Shown in pieces: positions 60,275 to 64,000 of a stretch of 64,000 nt of DNA. Position 1 is the stretch's first letter. Each line of letters opens with the position of its first letter. This DNA is from Prosthecobacter sp. Its GTDB lineage: Bacteria > Verrucomicrobiota > Verrucomicrobiia > Verrucomicrobiales > Verrucomicrobiaceae. The notes beneath the pieces are model-generated. The model saw only the letters and a program-made list of their open reading frames with translations, ran no database searches and had not been told where the DNA came from. The stretch spans positions 34 through 64,033 of the forward strand of contig JBIIRD010000028.1 of NCBI GenBank assembly GCA_044341745.1. Direction: 5' to 3'. Both the position numbers and the translations under genes were made by a program.

Positions 60275-61882
60275 GCGAAGGGGGGCGGATGGAATGGGAG
60301 CGGGCGTCGCGGACGGTGTTGACGCTGCGGGCGAGGATGGCGCTCCGTTGGTGGGTGAATCCGTGCCTGCAGGTGCCGGAGGCGCGTTGGGTGCCGCGAC
60401 CGGGCCTGCCGCTGTCGTGCCGCCTTGGGCCGGTGGGGTGCCGGCTGCCTGCCCGGTGACTGCCACAGGCGGCGGTTCGGGTTTCTTGAACGGGTCCGCC
60501 CAGCGATGCAGCTCATGGCCGCTGCCCGGAGCGCCGATCTCCTTGAGATAGGAGGCACATTTTTCATGCCAGCGGTCGAGGTTCGGCGGGCTGTTGGGTT
60601 TCTCGGCGGTGCCGGGGAAGATGAGGTAGGTCACCTTGAGGTCGCTCTCCGGCCGGCGGTAGGGCGTGGCCTGCGGATTGATCGCCTTGGCCATGAACAG
60701 GGAGGCCTCGCCCATCTTTTGAGTCGGCCCGTAGTCGCCGCAGATGGCCGGATACATCTTGTCGCCATGGATGACCACCGCGTAGTCGCCGATCTGCGGC
60801 GTGAACTTGTTGGTGTTGGAATGGCCGCGGAACAGCAGGGAGATGACGATGAAGGGGTCCTTCTCGGCGATGAGGCTGCTGCGCGCCTTCATGTCCTTGA
60901 TCTCCAGCGTGAGCAGGTCGGTCAGCGCCTTGAGCTCGCGGTTCTTGTCGGCGGACAGGCCCTTGGTGGCATACTGCTCCTTGGCCTTTTTCAGCCGCTC
61001 CTCCCAGCGCGGCAGCAGCGGGTTGGGGGTCTTGGTCTTCTTCGACCAGGCGTAGCTGGTGAAGGGCTGGTAGTAGTCGGAGAGATAAATGTACTCGTCG
61101 AGCGAGGGCTGGCGGTCGCCGTCGGAGCCGTCGCAGACGACGTCCATCTCGGACTGGATGAGCAACGTGCGCCGGCTGGAGGTGGGATGGGTCAGCTCCA
61201 GGATGGTCTCGCAGTCGAAGAAGTTGTGGCGATCGAGGATTTTGTTCAGCCGGGTGATGTCGCGCTGGATGGCGCTGGTCTTGTTTTCGTAGAGCTTGTG
61301 GTAGAAGCCGGAGACCTTGGCGGTGGGCAGCATGGCCTTGAGCTCGGGCAGCAGGGAGGGCAGGGCGGGGTTGATGCGTGACAGCTCCTCGACGGTCTGG
61401 TTGGCCTTCGGCACGCGTACGCTGAGCTGGAACTCGGCCTTGTAGGCGTCCGGTGAAAGCCGCTCCAGGCTGGCGTAGGTGCCTTGTTCGGTGAGCAGCT
61501 TGGACTTGATGGTGATGCCGTTGAAGAAGGTGGCCACGTCAGCGTCCTTGCGTGGGATGAAGGCTTCCGGAAGCGGTGGCTGAACCTGCACTTCCTTGAT
61601 GACCTCCTTGATCACCTCCCTGGGAACCTCGACGCGCTTTTCAACCTCGCGGGTCACGACTCGTGCCTCGCCGCCGCGGGCGGCGATGATCTCCTTGAGG
61701 CCCTGCTTGATCTTGCCGGCGAAGGGCGTGAAGGGCATCACCAGAAGCAGGGCGATGATCACCAGGACCAGCAGGCGGATGAGCGAGCTGAGCATGCCGC
61801 GCTTCGGGCGTCCGCTGTCCCAGGGGGACGGTCCCTGGCGTTCGTTGCGCGTGGTGGTGTTCTCGGGGGGCGGGGGCTGCAT
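60269..61882 (-). CDS. Membrane-anchored protein with glycoside hydrolase family 75 (chitosanase)-like domain and Pro-rich tail
   Basis: 537 aa. N-terminal TM helix (LIRLLVLVIIALLLVMPF). EMDVVCDGSDGD and GDYAVVIHGDKMYPAICGDYGPTQKMGEASLFMAKAI resemble the D-x-D-C-D-G and GD.GP...GE.S blocks of GH75. Pro/Ala-rich C-terminus. Confidence 0.55.
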   Translation of the reverse strand: MQPPPPENTTTRNERQGPSPWDSGRPKRGMLSSLIRLLVLVIIALLLVMPFTPFAGKIKQGLKEIIAARGGEARVVTREVEKRVEVPREVIKEVIKEVQVQPPLPEAFIPRKDADVATFFNGITIKSKLLTEQGTYASLERLSPDAYKAEFQLSVRVPKANQTVEELSRINPALPSLLPELKAMLPTAKVSGFYHKLYENKTSAIQRDITRLNKILDRHNFFDCETILELTHPTSSRRTLLIQSEMDVVCDGSDGDRQPSLDEYIYLSDYYQPFTSYAWSKKTKTPNPLLPRWEERLKKAKEQYATKGLSADKNRELKALTDLLTLEIKDMKARSSLIAEKDPFIVISLLFRGHSNTNKFTPQIGDYAVVIHGDKMYPAICGDYGPTQKMGEASLFMAKAINPQATPYRRPESDLKVTYLIFPGTAEKPNSPPNLDRWHEKCASYLKEIGAPGSGHELHRWADPFKKPEPPPVAVTGQAAGTPPAQGGTTAAGPVAAPNAPPAPAGTDSPTNGAPSSPAASTPSATPAPIPSAPLRP

Positions 61883-61888
61883 GGGGCG

Positions 61889-62707
61889 TTAATCGGCCAG
61901 AACTTTGCCTTTGTTGAAGCGACGACGCAAGAACCAGCGCATCAGCGGACGCGGCATCAGGCGGAAAAGCGTGCCCGCCGCAGTGACGCCGGCGCCGGGG
62001 AAAACGCAGGGCCGTCCGGCCGCCAGCGCCGCCAGGGCCTCCGCCACCACCCGGGAGGGCGGGATGCGCAGCAGGCCCTGCCCACTGCGATCCGTGTCGC
62101 CGCCGTCGGGACGGCGTGCTGTCTTGCTAAAGTTGGTTGGGGTCGGCCCCGGGCAGACGCAGGTGACCGTGATGCCCTGCGGCTTCAGCTCGACGGCCAG
62201 GGCCTCGCTGAAGCTGGTCACGTAGGCCTTCGAGGCCGCATAGACGGCGAGGTCCGGCATGGGCAGCGTGCTGGCGAGCGAGCTGATGTTGAGGATGCCG
62301 CCCGGGCGGCCAAGGCGCGGGATCAGCGCATGGCTGAGCAGGGTGAGGGCGGTGATGTTGAGGTCGATCTGCAGGCGGGACTTTTCCACGGCCGAGCTGG
62401 CGAAGCCGCCGTAGTCGCCCAGGCCGGCGTTGTTGATTAACAGGTTAGGCCGCAGATCCCGGGCGTTGAGGAACTGCAGCAGGCTCGTCCGGCCCTCGTC
62501 CGTGCTCAGGTCGGCCGTGCAGCATTCGATGCGCGCTTGTCCGGCGGGCAGGCCGCGTTTCACCTCCTCCAGGGCGTCCGGCCTGCGGGCCACGAGCACG
62601 AGTTCGCAGGCGATGGGGGCCAGCTGGCGGGCGAATTCCGCGCCGAGGCCGGAGGAGGCGCCGGTGATGACGGCACGACAGTTTTGTAGGGGGAATCCAT
62701 TCGCCAT
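61889..62707 (-). CDS. Short-chain dehydrogenase/reductase (SDR)
   Basis: AVITGASSGLGAEFARQLA (TGxxxGxG), NNAG, catalytic YAASKAYV. Confidence 0.9.
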   Translation of the reverse strand: MANGFPLQNCRAVITGASSGLGAEFARQLAPIACELVLVARRPDALEEVKRGLPAGQARIECCTADLSTDEGRTSLLQFLNARDLRPNLLINNAGLGDYGGFASSAVEKSRLQIDLNITALTLLSHALIPRLGRPGGILNISSLASTLPMPDLAVYAASKAYVTSFSEALAVELKPQGITVTCVCPGPTPTNFSKTARRPDGGDTDRSGQGLLRIPPSRVVAEALAALAAGRPCVFPGAGVTAAGTLFRLMPRPLMRWFLRRRFNKGKVLAD

Positions 62708-62738
62708 AAGATGGATCCAGACCTACCACAGCAGGATC

Positions 62739-63092
62739 ATGACCATCAACCCGCTTTCCGAGCAGAAACCCTTCACCACGAAGGACGGCAGCACCATCCG
62801 CAGCATCCTCGACCTGACTAACGCGCCGGTCTCCAACCAGAGTCTTGCCGAGGCCACGGTGCCGGTAGGTCGGCCGACCGAGCGCCATTACCACCGGCTG
62901 AGCGAGGAGTTTTACTTCATCCTGGAAGGCGAGGGCCTCATGGAGATCGACGGCGAGGAGCGCCCCGTGAAGCCCGGCGACGCCATCCTCATCCCCCCCG
63001 GCGCCTGGCACCAGATCACCGCCACCCAGACCCTCCGCTTCCTCTGCTGCTGCGCGCCGCCTTACAGCCATGAGGATACCTATTTTGGTTAG
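62739..63092 (+). CDS. Cupin-domain protein
   Basis: 117 aa from MTINPLSEQ. HYHRLSEEFYFILEGEG...GDAILIPPGAWHQI matches the two cupin motifs. The tracked ORF start at 62430 was rejected because it overlaps the SDR gene. Confidence 0.85.
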   Translation: MTINPLSEQKPFTTKDGSTIRSILDLTNAPVSNQSLAEATVPVGRPTERHYHRLSEEFYFILEGEGLMEIDGEERPVKPGDAILIPPGAWHQITATQTLRFLCCCAPPYSHEDTYFG

Positions 63093-63171
63093 GTCTTGGA
63101 AGAGGCGCGCCGATCAGGAATGGAGATCTGGAGAACATCTGGGCTTGTCATTGGCAAACCAGGTTCTGCGG

Positions 63172-64000
63172 TTAGTCGATGGAACGAAGCCGCAACCTTC
63201 GCAGGGCATGCAGGCCGCCCGTCGCCTCGGCGATCCTGCGTGCGCCGTCCTTCCGCTTCGGGCCGAACTTCTCCCGGTTCTCCTCGAACACACCCTCCAC
63301 AAACTCACGGCTCCCCAGCACCAGGCCGTCGCTGAAATACCTCACCCGCAGCCGCACCAGATCCCCCGAACCCAGCTTGCCGCCTGCCTTCAGCACCGCC
63401 CGCGCCGCTTCCGCGCTCACCCCACGCCTAACCACGTTTTCGTTCTGAGCGTCCCTCACCTCCACGCCGCTGCTGAACAGCAGGCAGCGGTACGCCTCGG
63501 TCCATCCCTCATGGGCTTCGGGGGAAGGAACCTCGATGCTTGATGCCTCATGGGGGGCATCGTTGCCCGGGATCTCCTGCCAGGCTTCGTTGTGAACCCG
63601 GCTGGCACTCGCGGACGTTCGTTTTGGCGCCTCGGAGAAGGCTGAGCCTGGGGTTTGTTGCGAACCTTCCTGGCAGGCCACCTGTGGCATCAAGGACACG
63701 CTGGTCTCGCGGAAAACTGCGGAAACGGGTGCTGGGTCGTGGTTTCTTGTTTCGTTAGTTGGTGCGCCAGCCTCCTCTCCAGGCTCAGCGGGGGCGCCGG
63801 CCGGGTGGCTGTTCGTGATGTGCCGGTTCTCCAGGCGGCTGCCCGTCACCCGTGCCAGGCCGCGCTGCGCCCTCCGGCTGCCGCCCATCGCCTCGCCATA
63901 GCCGCACCAGCGGTAGTCCTTGGGATCCTCCACCAGGCCCGCCCGCACGGGGTTGAGGTCGATGTAGGCCGCCATGGTGTGCAGCGGCTCGCCGCGTCCC
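63172..64000 (-). CDS. IS200/IS605-type Y1 transposase-like (RAYT-like) protein, 5'-truncated by the window edge
   Basis: ...LHTMAAYIDLNPVRAGLVEDPKDYRWCGYGEAM matches the YI(H/D)LNPVRAGLV..P..Y.W(S/C) block at the C-terminal side of the Y1 core. The tail RVRYFSDGLVLGSREFVEGVF...LHALRRLR is typical of long PVC-type members. The reading frame is open to nt 64000, so the catalytic HUH/Tyr part is not visible. Confidence 0.6.
   Translation of the reverse strand, partial: GRGEPLHTMAAYIDLNPVRAGLVEDPKDYRWCGYGEAMGGSRRAQRGLARVTGSRLENRHITNSHPAGAPAEPGEEAGAPTNETRNHDPAPVSAVFRETSVSLMPQVACQEGSQQTPGSAFSEAPKRTSASASRVHNEAWQEIPGNDAPHEASSIEVPSPEAHEGWTEAYRCLLFSSGVEVRDAQNENVVRRGVSAEAARAVLKAGGKLGSGDLVRLRVRYFSDGLVLGSREFVEGVFEENREKFGPKRKDGARRIAEATGGLHALRRLRLRSID

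Overview
High-G+C (roughly 60%+) bacterial chromosomal window with a PVC-superphylum gene content, most likely Verrucomicrobiota. That assignment is an inference from family content, not a database hit. The supporting families are three paralogous pairs of PSCyt/DUF1549/DUF1553 cytochrome-c-domain proteins with Tat-signal DUF1501 proteins, two PVC-type haem-binding 'membrane-bound dehydrogenase' proteins, LL-diaminopimelate aminotransferase (DapL), and two four-helix-bundle (23S rRNA IVS / Avd-like) genes. Housekeeping genes are present: nrdR, HIT, dapL, adk, fmt, a GT9 heptosyltransferase and two tRNA-Lys. There is also a sugar-acid/oxidoreductase block (UxaA, two Gfo/Idh/MocA genes, two Tat-signal TIM-barrel isomerases). 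The most unusual region is a ~16 kb co-directional minus-strand cluster (13109-29086). It combines two paralogous small membrane proteins carrying an HPCPLC motif, three c-type cytochromes, an SCO1/SenC protein, an HMA-like protein and a His-rich putative outer-membrane barrel. It also holds three giant secreted proteins that share a ~370-400 aa C-terminal module; one of them fuses a beta-propeller to a di-haem MauG/CCP-like domain. I interpret this as a candidate uncharacterised envelope metal (copper?)/redox system. Other notable structure: several dispersed or tandem hairpin repeat families, low-G+C orphan genes inserted at all three DUF1553/DUF1501 junctions, four-helix-bundle genes bracketed by inverted arrays of short tandem repeats, a NusG/RfaH-like paralog heading an ~18.5 kb co-directional gene array, and a partial IS200/RAYT-like gene at the right edge. 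No CRISPR array, rRNA, prophage or recognisable defence system was seen. All functional calls rest on motif and family recognition by eye from the supplied translations; no searches were run.
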